A DNA stretch of 64,000 nt. Source: Bacilli bacterium. GTDB lineage: Bacteria > Bacillota_I > Bacilli_A > RFN20 > CAG-826. The number at the start of each line of letters is the position of its first letter. The stretch's first letter is position 1. The DNA lies in the NCBI GenBank assembly GCA_024687185.1, contig JAILEX010000062.1, positions 220-64,219 of the forward strand, in the 5' to 3' direction. A program made the position numbers and the translations under genes. Positions 37,832-46,020 of this stretch are shown here, piece by piece. The notes below the pieces were generated by a model. That model made no database searches. It saw only the letters and a program-made list of their open reading frames with translations, and was not told the DNA's origin.

Positions 37832-38614
37832 TTATTCCCTTAATAACGTTTTATCGGATAGGATGGCCCCATAGGACTCAAGCAGCGCTTCCCTAGTAAG
37901 GGACTTCTTCTCCTCGTTTTTGACGTCTAGGACGATCTTGCCCTTATTCAAGACGATGAGGCGGTTACCATAACGCAACGCGAAATCGAGGTTATGGGTG
38001 ACCATCAAGGTGGGGATATGCTTTTTCTGGACCAGGATATTCTCCGTTATGTCCATGACCTTGGTCGCGGCATTGGGGTCAAGTGCGGCGGTATGCTCGT
38101 CTAGCAAAAGCAATTCCGAGTCGAAGGTAGAGGCCATATACAAAGTCAAAACCTGACGCATGCCCCCGCTAAGTAGGCCCGTTGGGGTACGCATCCTCTC
38201 CTCAATCCCTAGCCCATAGGAGGAAAGGTCTTCCTTGGCCTTATTCAAAAAGGCGCGGTTTGCCTTCTTGTTGAGAAAGGACTTCTTCCTGCTTGCAAGC
38301 AACAGGTTTTCCCCAACGGTCAGATTAGGTGAGGTCCCCGTTAGGGGGTCTTGGTAGACGACACCGATCTTCCTCGCCCTTTTATAGGGCTTTTCGTTAT
38401 CGATGGGCTTTTCGTTTAAACTGATGCTTCCGGTATAGGGGACTAGTCCAAGGATCGCCTTCAGCAAAGTGCTTTTCCCCGTCCCATTGCTTCCTAAGAT
38501 GCAGACGAAATCGTCCTTTTCAAGTTCTAAATTGACCTCATCCAACACCTTTTTCTCGCTGGGCGTCCCCTTTTGGAAGGCGACCGAAAGCTTTTTTATC
38601 GAAAGGCTATTCAT
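37832..38614 (-). CDS. ABC transporter ATP-binding protein (COG1101 type)
   Basis: Walker A GSNGTGKST, LSGGMRQVLTL, Walker B LLLLDEHTAALD. Confidence 0.8.
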   Translation of the reverse strand: MNSLSIKKLSVAFQKGTPSEKKVLDEVNLELEKDDFVCILGSNGTGKSTLLKAILGLVPYTGSISLNEKPIDNEKPYKRARKIGVVYQDPLTGTSPNLTVGENLLLASRKKSFLNKKANRAFLNKAKEDLSSYGLGIEERMRTPTGLLSGGMRQVLTLYMASTFDSELLLLDEHTAALDPNAATKVMDITENILVQKKHIPTLMVTHNLDFALRYGNRLIVLNKGKIVLDVKNEEKKSLTREALLESYGAILSDKTLLRE

Positions 38615-39480
38615 GCTTTCGCCTCCTTCTTCTTCGCCTCCCTTTTGGGAAGGGGGATATAGCTAATGAGGATGAAGATAACGATCGCGACGGCCGAAAT
38701 AAGCTTCATATACTGGGGACGGTTGGTGAAATATAACACCCCCATATATAGGAACCTATAGGCAATCGATCCGAAGGTGATGCCCGTTAGCATCAAGGAA
38801 GTGTAGTGGCGTTTATGGACGAAGGCGCCGCCAATTATGATCGTCACCACGCCAACTACCATCATCCCAGTGCCGAAAGTGGAGTCATAATACCTTTCAT
38901 ATTGCATAAACAAGGCTCCGCTAGCCGCGACAACGGCATTGCTTAAAGCTAGGCCGATGATCTTATAGTTATCGGTATTCAAACCCAAGGTGGAGACCAT
39001 GGCCTCGTTATCCCCGGTCGCACGCACGGCCATGCCGGGCTTGGTTTTGAAGAAAAACACGATAAGTAAGCCAACCACTACGGTTATCGAAGCGGCAATG
39101 GCCAAACAAAGCCATGGGTTTTCCGTTGGGAAAATGCCGATAGCGCTTTTAGGTAGGTTGATGTTCGGCTTGAAGTCGGTGATGAGGAGGTTGACCGTAT
39201 AGAATGCAGTCAGGGTCAAAATGCCCGAAAGGACCTTCTCTATCTTTAGTTTGGTGTGTAACAAAGCGGTGATCGCCCCCGCAAACGCCCCACCTAATGC
39301 GCCTAGAAAAATCGCTAGTATTGGAAAGCCAAGTTGGGTGATTATGACCGAGATGGCCGCCCCGCAGGTAAAACTCGCCTCCGCGGTCAGATCGGTGAAA
39401 TTCAAAATCTTGAACGATATGAATATCCCAAACCCAAGAAGGGCGAATATAAAGCCTAGCGTAATCGCATTCAAAACCAC
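38611..39480 (-). CDS. ABC transporter permease (COG4120 type)
   Basis: 289 aa with about 8 TM helices. It overlaps the ATPase gene by 4 nt. Confidence 0.7.
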   Translation of the reverse strand: MVLNAITLGFIFALLGFGIFISFKILNFTDLTAEASFTCGAAISVIITQLGFPILAIFLGALGGAFAGAITALLHTKLKIEKVLSGILTLTAFYTVNLLITDFKPNINLPKSAIGIFPTENPWLCLAIAASITVVVGLLIVFFFKTKPGMAVRATGDNEAMVSTLGLNTDNYKIIGLALSNAVVAASGALFMQYERYYDSTFGTGMMVVGVVTIIIGGAFVHKRHYTSLMLTGITFGSIAYRFLYMGVLYFTNRPQYMKLISAVAIVIFILISYIPLPKREAKKKEAKA

Positions 39481-39481
39481 T

Positions 39482-40459
39482 TTACTTATCCCCGCTTATC
39501 TTCACCAAGTAAGGATCATCCATAATGGACGAGGGTATTTTGATGCCCGTCTCGTTTATATAATCGATATTGAGATAACTATTGAGGTTATCGTCGAATA
39601 TCTTGACTGGGATATCACCAGCCTTAGTTCCAGAGAGGATATCCAAAACCATCTCACCGGTTTTCTTTCCCAGTTCCCCATAGTTGATGCCAAGGCAATA
39701 CATTCCGCCATCCCTGACCATGCTTTCCACCCCCGTATAGCAGGGGATGCCCGCTTTTTTGGTGGCGGCGACTAGCGAAGGCATGGAGGAGGCGACGGTA
39801 TTGTCGTCGGTGACGAATATCGCATCGACCTTATTGGAAAGGACGTTTGCCACCTCGCTCATTTCCTTTGAATTGGAAATCATGGAGGAGATGAGGCTGA
39901 TGTTCTTTTCCTTGCAATAGTCCTCGATCTTCACTTTGTTTGCGACCGAATTGGCTTCCATCGGATTGTAGATGAAGCCGAGTTCATCTAAATCGGGGTC
40001 GATAAGAAGGGCCTTGTCGATGATCGATTTGACCTGGATTGCGTCACTAGTGCCCGTAATGTTTTCTCCTGGCTTTTCCAAATTTCTCACAATCCCCGAG
40101 CCAATGGGGTCGCTACAGGCAGCGAAGACGATGGATTTGTCGCTTGATAATTTGTTGTAGGCGGTCTGGGCAACTGGGGTTGCAATGGCCACGACGATAT
40201 CGGCGGTCTCGTTTAATTTGGCCATGGTCTGCGATAATATCGACATGTCGCCTTCGGGGTTTTCCTGAACGAGACTATAGCCGGAATTTCTATAGACGTC
40301 GCTCCCCTCAAGGGTTTTGACGATGGCCTCATTGATCTCGTCCAACGAGGTATGCGTCATCAGTTGGACGATGGCAATGGTCTTTTGGTTGCCCCCGCAT
40401 GAGGCAAGGGAGGCGAGGGCGAAGGCGGATAGGACGGCTAGAATACGGATCTTTTTCAT
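39482..40459 (-). CDS. ABC substrate-binding lipoprotein (COG2984 type; TrpX-like)
   Basis: Lipobox LASLASCGG. Periplasmic-binding fold, 325 aa. An AGAAAGGAAAAACC RBS precedes it. Confidence 0.75.
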   Translation of the reverse strand: MKKIRILAVLSAFALASLASCGGNQKTIAIVQLMTHTSLDEINEAIVKTLEGSDVYRNSGYSLVQENPEGDMSILSQTMAKLNETADIVVAIATPVAQTAYNKLSSDKSIVFAACSDPIGSGIVRNLEKPGENITGTSDAIQVKSIIDKALLIDPDLDELGFIYNPMEANSVANKVKIEDYCKEKNISLISSMISNSKEMSEVANVLSNKVDAIFVTDDNTVASSMPSLVAATKKAGIPCYTGVESMVRDGGMYCLGINYGELGKKTGEMVLDILSGTKAGDIPVKIFDDNLNSYLNIDYINETGIKIPSSIMDDPYLVKISGDK

Positions 40460-40479
40460 GGTTTTTCCTTTCTAAGCAA

Positions 40480-40745
40480 AGAAGAAAGCGCCTCTCCTAG
40501 TGAAAGAAAGCTTCCTTCATTAGGACAGGCGCTTTGTACCTGCGGTGCCACCTAATTTGCCAAAAATGCTTTTGGCCACTTTTCGGGATACCAACATATC
40601 CCAGCCTTTTAACGGAGGCATCCGTCTTAGACTACTCCCATTCGGTTTTGCCCAAGCCCTTAGGGGCCCACGTATCCGGTCCGATGCCCGCCATGATCAC
40701 ACCACCCATGGCTCTCTCTTAGGTCGTTTCCGGAACAACTTCCCC
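40480..40745 (-). promoter_or_regulatory. T-box riboswitch leader (candidate Trp specifier) with a terminator / antiterminator
   Basis: The minus-strand RNA contains AAAUUAGGUGGCACCGCAGG (the T-box / antiterminator motif, consensus AAUUAGGGUGGNACCGCG). Immediately after comes a 15-bp terminator hairpin AAAGCGCCUGUCCUA...UAGGAGAGGCGCUUU and then CUUCUUU. A GAAUGGG candidate specifier lies upstream. Leader length is about 250 nt. Confidence 0.5.
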
Positions 40746-40809
40746 ATCAACGGTTTATATAAATTTAAACTTATGGAAAACGTAGTCAAGATTATTTTTG
40801 AATTTTAAG

Positions 40810-40833
40810 AAAAAGCCCTCCGGAGAGGGCAAG
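40810..40833 (-). terminator. Terminator of tRNA-Gly(CCC)
   Basis: Minus strand reads GCCCTCTCCGGAGGGC followed by TTTTTC. Confidence 0.5.
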
Positions 40834-40843
40834 TTCTTATATT

Positions 40844-40919
40844 TGGAGCACCACACGGGAATCGAACCCGCGTATCCAGCTTGGGAAGCTAGTGTTCTGC
40901 CATTGAACTAGTGGTGCGC
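40844..40919 (-). tRNA. tRNA-Gly (anticodon CCC)
   Basis: GCGCACCACTAGTTCAATGGCAGAACA, with a CTAGC-TTCCCAA-GCTGG arm, TTCGATTCCCG, and a GTGCTCCA end. Confidence 0.65.
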
Positions 40920-41004
40920 TTCTTCGCTATTGGCGACGAATGAGATTATACAAAGCCCCCATCCGACGGGCAAGCGCGAAACGGGGGCGATTCCTTCCTT
41001 TTTT

Positions 41005-41352
41005 TCAGTCTTCCTTTTTGGGGGCGTGGACGGCGACGTCTACGCCACGGTCCTCGGCGACGAGCCTTGCGAACCTAACGGCATCCCTTTGTTTCTTGAA
41101 CAGATACCATTTGCCATCGCATCTAACGCTCCACCTTTCGCCATCAGGCATGGCCTTGGCGTCAGGTTCATAGGGTTTATAACGGACAATGGCCCTATTT
41201 TCATCGATTGGTTCCTTCTTCTCTTCGACAACTTCCTTTTCCTCGGGCTTATTCTCGTCGAGTTTCACCTCAACCTCTTCGCCATTGGCGTTGACCTCGA
41301 CTGTCACTTTTTCCTGTTTGGGTTTCTTCTTATTCACGACTTCGATGATCAT
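41005..41352 (-). CDS. DUF2188-like small protein with an acidic/Lys-rich N-terminal extension
   Basis: C-terminal RAIVRYKPYEPDAKAMPDGERWSVRCDGKWYLFKKQRDAVRFARLVAEDRG resembles the DUF2188 core. Confidence 0.45.
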   Translation of the reverse strand: MIIEVVNKKKPKQEKVTVEVNANGEEVEVKLDENKPEEKEVVEEKKEPIDENRAIVRYKPYEPDAKAMPDGERWSVRCDGKWYLFKKQRDAVRFARLVAEDRGVDVAVHAPKKED

Positions 41353-41447
41353 GGATCTTCCTCCCTATTCACCAATAGGCTCCTACCCTTAAAAATAGAG
41401 GCTATGCCTATGCTTATATGCACAGGGAAATTGTACAATCCTTTGGA

Positions 41448-41480
41448 TAAAAAATAAACCGCGGTGACGAAGCCGCGGAA
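41448..41480 (-). terminator. Terminator of tRNA-Val
   Basis: Minus strand reads CCGCGGCTTCGTCACCGCGG followed by TTTATTTTTTAT. Confidence 0.5.
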
Positions 41481-41491
41481 GTAACGCTTAC

Positions 41492-41567
41492 TGGTGGGTG
41501 CTACAGGGATCGAACCTGTGACCTCCTGTACGTCAAACAGGTGCTCTCCCAGCTGAGCTAAACACCC
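41492..41567 (-). tRNA. tRNA-Val (anticodon GAC)
   Basis: GGGTGTTTAGCTCAGCTGGGAGAGC, with a CCTGT-TTGACGT-ACAGG arm, TTCGATCCCTG, and a GCACCCACCA end. Confidence 0.75.
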
Positions 41568-41754
41568 GAAGGGATACACGAGTAAGCGTGCCGTCTTGTA
41601 ACGGCTCGAATATGATAGCCATCACCCTAAGGAAAATCAAGGACGAATTTATCCCCGTTTTATGGATGCCAGTGGCCTATGGGCTAAGGAAAGAAAAGGG
41701 GTTATCGACCCTCCCCGTTACTTTGGGAGGCCATAACCCTTTGTCTTCTTTTTC

Positions 41755-41831
41755 TGGTGCCGACTGCGGGATTCGAACCTGCAACCTATCGCTTACGAAG
41801 CGATTGCTCTGCCGTTGAGCCAAGTCGGCGC
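41755..41831 (-). tRNA. tRNA-Thr (anticodon CGU)
   Basis: GCGCCGACTTGGCTCAACGGCAGAGC, with an ATCGC-TTCGTAA-GCGAT arm, TTCGAATCCCGC, and a GTCGGCACCA end. Confidence 0.75.
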
Positions 41832-41867
41832 GCACATAATATAGACTTTATAGGAGTCTAAAACAAG

Positions 41868-41910
41868 AAAAACCACCTCCGTCCCAAGCGGGGTTTAGAG
41901 GTGGTTTTCG
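41868..41910 (-). terminator. Terminator of the P-type ATPase gene
   Basis: Minus strand reads AAACCACCTCTAAACCCCGCTTGGGACGGAGGTGGTTT followed by TTCTTG. Confidence 0.5.
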
Positions 41911-41916
41911 TTGGTT

Positions 41917-44625
41917 TTATCCGCGTTTTGCAGCCTTTTTCTTGATGAAGAGGAATAAGGCGACCACTTCGTGGATTAATAGTGGCGAAACGCTAAGGAG
42001 GAAGACGTAGAGGTAATCAAGTGGGTAATCGGATAGCTTATATACCTTGAAGACCATGTTGACCCCAGGTACCTCGATGACGAATAGCTGTAGTCCCATG
42101 CCAAGGACGAAGGAGATGAAGAGCAAGGGGTTGAAGTCCTTGAAGATGTGGACGAAGCTCTTGCGGATATTGGTCATGCCAAGCATATGGAACAATTCGG
42201 AGAAGGCAAGGACGCAGAAGGCCATCGACTGGGCTTCTTCTAGGTATAGTTCGTTGGAGAAATAGGTGTTCATTCCCGAGATCGTGAAGATGCCTTCGGA
42301 CCAAGGCTTGATAAGGAATGCGACGAAGGTGATCAAACCGATCAGGATGCCATAGCCGAAGGTGATGAGCGAACCACCTCTGGCGAAAAGGGATTCCTTT
42401 GGATCCCTGGGCTGCTCGTCCATGATACCGGCCATCTTCTTATCGGCGCCCAAGGCAACCGCGGGGAGGGAGTCGGTGATGAGGTTGACCCATAGCAAAT
42501 GGATGGCGATAAGGGGCGAGGGAAGGCCTATAACGGCCGCGATGAACATGGCCACGACCTCACCGATGTTGGAGGAGAGGAGGAAGAGGATGGTCTTACG
42601 GATATTCTCATAGATACCCCTACCTTCCTCGACCGCCTTTTCGATGGAGGCGAAGTTATCGTCGGTTAGGACCATGTCGGCCGCGCCCTTGGCGACGTCG
42701 GTGCCGGTGATGCCCATGGCGATGCCGATGTCGGCGCTCTTTAATGAAGGTGCGTCATTGACGCCATCGCCCGTCATGGCGGCGATATGGCCGTTGGCCT
42801 TGACGGCCTTGACGATGGAAACCTTATTTTCGGGGGAAACACGGGCGAATACGCGCACGGTCTTTACCCTTTCCTTTAGTTCTTCGTCGCTGCAGGCGTC
42901 GATTTGGTCGCCGCTCATGCATTGGTCTTTGCTTTCGGCGATGCCAAGTTCCCTTGCGATGGCAAAGGCGGTGTCCTTATGGTCGCCGGTGATCATGATG
43001 GTGGTGATGCCAGCCTTCTTTAAGGTGGCAACGGCGGGTTTGGCGGCTTCTCTAGGTGGATCGACCATGCCGGTTAAACCGATGAAGGTGAGGTTCTCCT
43101 CCTCGATTTCGCCTTCTTCCTTATACGCTAAGGCCAAAACGCGAAGGGCGTCTTCCGCCATCGCGTTAGCGGCGACATTAATGTTTTTCTTATCTTCGTC
43201 TGTGATTGGACGGACTTTGCCGCCAATTAGGATTTTGGTGGTGTGAAGCAAGACGCGGTCCATGGCGCCTTTGGTGAATTCGATGACCCCGTCACCTTGT
43301 TTATGCATGGTGGACATCATCTTCCTAACGGAATCAAAGGGAAGTTCGTCGATACGGGGATTCTCTTCCTCGAGCTTGCTCTTTGGCATACCTAGTTTCA
43401 TGGCAAATTCGACTAGCGCGACTTCGGTGGGATCGCCATAGACGCCGCCTTCGACTTTGGCGTCGGAGCATAGGCACATGCCCTTGGCGACCAAGCCTTC
43501 GCTTTCGGCGGTGAAATCTTCCATCTTAACCGTCTTCTCATCGTGATAGACGCGGACGACGGTCATCTTGTTTTGGGTAAGGGTGCCGGTTTTATCGGAG
43601 CAGATGACGCTGACGGCGCCAAGAGTTTCAACCGAGGCCAAGCGACGGACGATCGTGTTGACCTTGACCATCTTGGTCATGCCCATCGCTAAGACGATGG
43701 TAACGACCGCGGTTAATCCTTCGGGGATGGCGGCGACGGCAAGGGCGACCGAATCAAGTAGGGCGTTATCCCAGGTATCGGCGATATTGCCATTGACCAA
43801 AGCCCAGATGATCTTGACGATAAGCATCGCGATGACGATGCCGATAGTTAGATAACCAAGGAATTTGGAAAGTTTGGCAAGCTGTTTCTGAAGCGGGGTG
43901 AGGTCGTCTTCGCCTTGGCTAAGCATCGTGGCGATTTTGCCGACTTCGGTATCCATGCCGGTGGCAACGACGACGCCTTCGCCACGTCCATAGACGACGG
44001 GGGTGGACATATAGGCGCAGTTTTTCCTATCGCCGACACCGACTTCCTCGGTGAAGACGAGTTCGGAATCCTTAGCTACGGGCAAGGATTCGCCAGTGAG
44101 GGAAGATTCGTCGGTCTTCATGGCGAAAGAGCCAAGGATCCTCAAATCCGCGGGGACCGTACGCCCTTCTTCGAGGATAACGATGTCGCCGACGACGAGT
44201 TCTTCGGCCTTGATTTCCTTTAATTCGCCATCGCGCTTTACCGTCGCGGTGGGGGCCGACATCTGCTTTAACGCCTCAAGGGCTTTCTCGGCCTTCATTT
44301 CCTGGACGGTGCCGATGGTGGCGTTGACCAAGACCACGCCAAAGATGATGAACACGTCGGCTAGGGCCTCAGGGCCTTCGGTGCCGCGGTTCATGTTGAT
44401 GATGGCGAGGACAAGCGAGATTAAGGCGGCGATGGCCAAAATCAAGGTCATGGGGTCTTTGATGTTGCCCCAAAAGATCTGATACCACTTCTCCTTCTCT
44501 GCCTCTTTGAGCTTATTGGGCCCATTCTTCTCAAGACGGGATCTGGCTTCGACTTCGCTTAAGCCCATCTCAAGATTAGAGGAAACCGAAACAAGGGTTT
44601 CTTCTTTCGTACGGTTTTCGTACAT
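41917..44625 (-). CDS. P-type cation-transporting ATPase (PMCA/SERCA-like; Ca2+ or Mn2+ exporter)
   Basis: 902 aa with the phosphorylation motif CSDKTGTLTQN, the hinge TGDGVNDAPSLK, and 10 TM helices. It is preceded by a yybP-ykoY-like leader. Confidence 0.85.
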   Translation of the reverse strand: MYENRTKEETLVSVSSNLEMGLSEVEARSRLEKNGPNKLKEAEKEKWYQIFWGNIKDPMTLILAIAALISLVLAIINMNRGTEGPEALADVFIIFGVVLVNATIGTVQEMKAEKALEALKQMSAPTATVKRDGELKEIKAEELVVGDIVILEEGRTVPADLRILGSFAMKTDESSLTGESLPVAKDSELVFTEEVGVGDRKNCAYMSTPVVYGRGEGVVVATGMDTEVGKIATMLSQGEDDLTPLQKQLAKLSKFLGYLTIGIVIAMLIVKIIWALVNGNIADTWDNALLDSVALAVAAIPEGLTAVVTIVLAMGMTKMVKVNTIVRRLASVETLGAVSVICSDKTGTLTQNKMTVVRVYHDEKTVKMEDFTAESEGLVAKGMCLCSDAKVEGGVYGDPTEVALVEFAMKLGMPKSKLEEENPRIDELPFDSVRKMMSTMHKQGDGVIEFTKGAMDRVLLHTTKILIGGKVRPITDEDKKNINVAANAMAEDALRVLALAYKEEGEIEEENLTFIGLTGMVDPPREAAKPAVATLKKAGITTIMITGDHKDTAFAIARELGIAESKDQCMSGDQIDACSDEELKERVKTVRVFARVSPENKVSIVKAVKANGHIAAMTGDGVNDAPSLKSADIGIAMGITGTDVAKGAADMVLTDDNFASIEKAVEEGRGIYENIRKTILFLLSSNIGEVVAMFIAAVIGLPSPLIAIHLLWVNLITDSLPAVALGADKKMAGIMDEQPRDPKESLFARGGSLITFGYGILIGLITFVAFLIKPWSEGIFTISGMNTYFSNELYLEEAQSMAFCVLAFSELFHMLGMTNIRKSFVHIFKDFNPLLFISFVLGMGLQLFVIEVPGVNMVFKVYKLSDYPLDYLYVFLLSVSPLLIHEVVALFLFIKKKAAKRG

Positions 44626-44634
44626 ATGTTTCTC

Positions 44635-44760
44635 CTTTTCTGCCGAAGATGGCTGAAGGTCTTGCGAGGCACAAAGGCCGTCTCTTCCCGGTTTGGGTCG
44701 CCCAAACGTCTTGACGAGATAGAGAGCTTAACGCTACTCCCCTTTACGTGCCACACTATA
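44635..44760 (-). ncRNA. yybP-ykoY (Mn2+) riboswitch-like leader
   Basis: The minus-strand RNA begins ...CGUAAAGGGGAGUAGCGUUAAGC... and contains ...CGUCAAGACGU... and ...UUUGUGCCUCGCAAGAC... The GGGGAGUAGCG motif is the hallmark of the yybP-ykoY family. An extended -10 TGGTATAGT promoter lies immediately upstream. It ends at the AAAGGAGAAACAT-ATG RBS. Confidence 0.45.
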
Positions 44761-44811
44761 CCAAAAAAAGTCGAAGGTAACTATTCCTATTTTATAGGAA
44801 AAACTAACTCC

Positions 44812-45468
44812 TTATATTCTGCGAAGTCTTTCGAGGGTGAATATGACGGATATATCGGAGCAGAGCTTGCATAGCCCTGGGAAGAAATCGACGATACTTA
44901 AGGATAGGCCCATCGCGGATAAAAGACCGATTTGGGCGGCATAGCTTGCAAAGCTTACGACGGTATAAAGGATTGCGATAAGACGGACCCTGGCAAATCT
45001 GGAGGTCAATCCGAACATATACTTCCTAACTAAGATATATAGGTATACGCCTAGGCCTAGTGTGCCAATCGCCAAGACGGGCTGAAATACCACCAAAGTC
45101 GTCGCCAAAGGAGTTAGGCTCGCCTTGGAGCTAAAAAGGGAGATAACGGAATAGGGGGAATAGATAACGGTCCTGATCTCGCTTAAGAAGAAAAGGAAGA
45201 TCCACATACCGACGGCCTGGTAGGCATTGGAGTCGTTGCGGACGTTGGTGAATAGCAAATAGGAAAGGACGCCGCCTTCGATTACCCAGGAGATGATGGT
45301 AAGGATATCGGGGGTAAAGCCATAGATGATGCTGCAGACGATATCGGCTAGGAAAAAGCCCAAACCAGCCAAGACGAAAGTGATGGCGAGGATCTTATTT
45401 CGATAGCGTTTTAGTGTCCTAAGGAATCTCACGGCGATAATTGTCTTGGTAATTCCCCCTTTAGTCAA
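44812..45468 (-). CDS. Hypothetical 6-TM membrane protein
   Basis: 218 aa and hydrophobic. It is divergent from the GNAT gene. Confidence 0.45.
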   Translation of the reverse strand: MTKGGITKTIIAVRFLRTLKRYRNKILAITFVLAGLGFFLADIVCSIIYGFTPDILTIISWVIEGGVLSYLLFTNVRNDSNAYQAVGMWIFLFFLSEIRTVIYSPYSVISLFSSKASLTPLATTLVVFQPVLAIGTLGLGVYLYILVRKYMFGLTSRFARVRLIAILYTVVSFASYAAQIGLLSAMGLSLSIVDFFPGLCKLCSDISVIFTLERLRRI

Positions 45469-45494
45469 GTTTGATGCGCCTATAGAATAAAGGC

Positions 45495-45947
45495 ATGGTA
45501 AGCGAGAAATTCACCTTCGGAATGAGTGAGGATGCGAAAAGGATCAGGGAAGAGGTCTTCGTGGAGGAACAGGGCTTCCAATACGAATTCGAGGATAAGG
45601 ATTCCAAGCTTTGGACCCTCGTCCTTTATCTAGATGGGACCCCCATCTCCACGGGCAGAATCGAGCCCCTAGACCCTGAGACCTATCAGATTGGCCGCAT
45701 CGCCGTAAGAAAGGCATTTCGCCATAATAAGGTAGGGACCTACACAATGAAATACCTCATGAACAAGATCCTTTCCCTTGGCGGAAGAATCGCTGTCGTG
45801 CATGCTCAGGTTGACAAAATGGGATTCTATGAAAGCCTAGGGTTTAAAGAGGACAGGGAATGCCCTAGGTACTACGAGGAGCACGTCGAGCATTCCATCA
45901 TGAAAAAAGTCCTCAAAAAAAGTGTAAAACCCAAATTAAAATACTAA
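45495..45947 (+). CDS. GNAT-family N-acetyltransferase
   Basis: The acetyl-CoA binding region RIAVRKAFRHNKVGTYTMKYLMNKILSLGGRIAVVHAQVDKMGFYESLGF. Confidence 0.7.
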   Translation: MVSEKFTFGMSEDAKRIREEVFVEEQGFQYEFEDKDSKLWTLVLYLDGTPISTGRIEPLDPETYQIGRIAVRKAFRHNKVGTYTMKYLMNKILSLGGRIAVVHAQVDKMGFYESLGFKEDRECPRYYEEHVEHSIMKKVLKKSVKPKLKY

Positions 45948-45966
45948 ATTAGGCATTTTTTAACAT

Positions 45967-45998
45967 AAAAGGCGGCGTCTTAATTGAACGCCGCCTTT
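45967..45998. terminator. Bidirectional terminator between the GNAT gene and the 629-aa gene
   Basis: AAAAGGCGGCGTCTTAATTGAACGCCGCCTTT, with T/A runs on both sides. Confidence 0.55.
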
Positions 45999-46020
45999 GC
46001 TTATTTCTAGCGGTATCGGA

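Noticed and set aside
41349-41818. ORFs 41349..41579 (-) and 41588..41818 (+)
   Set aside because: They overlap tRNA-Val and tRNA-Thr respectively. No RBS is present, so these are spurious.
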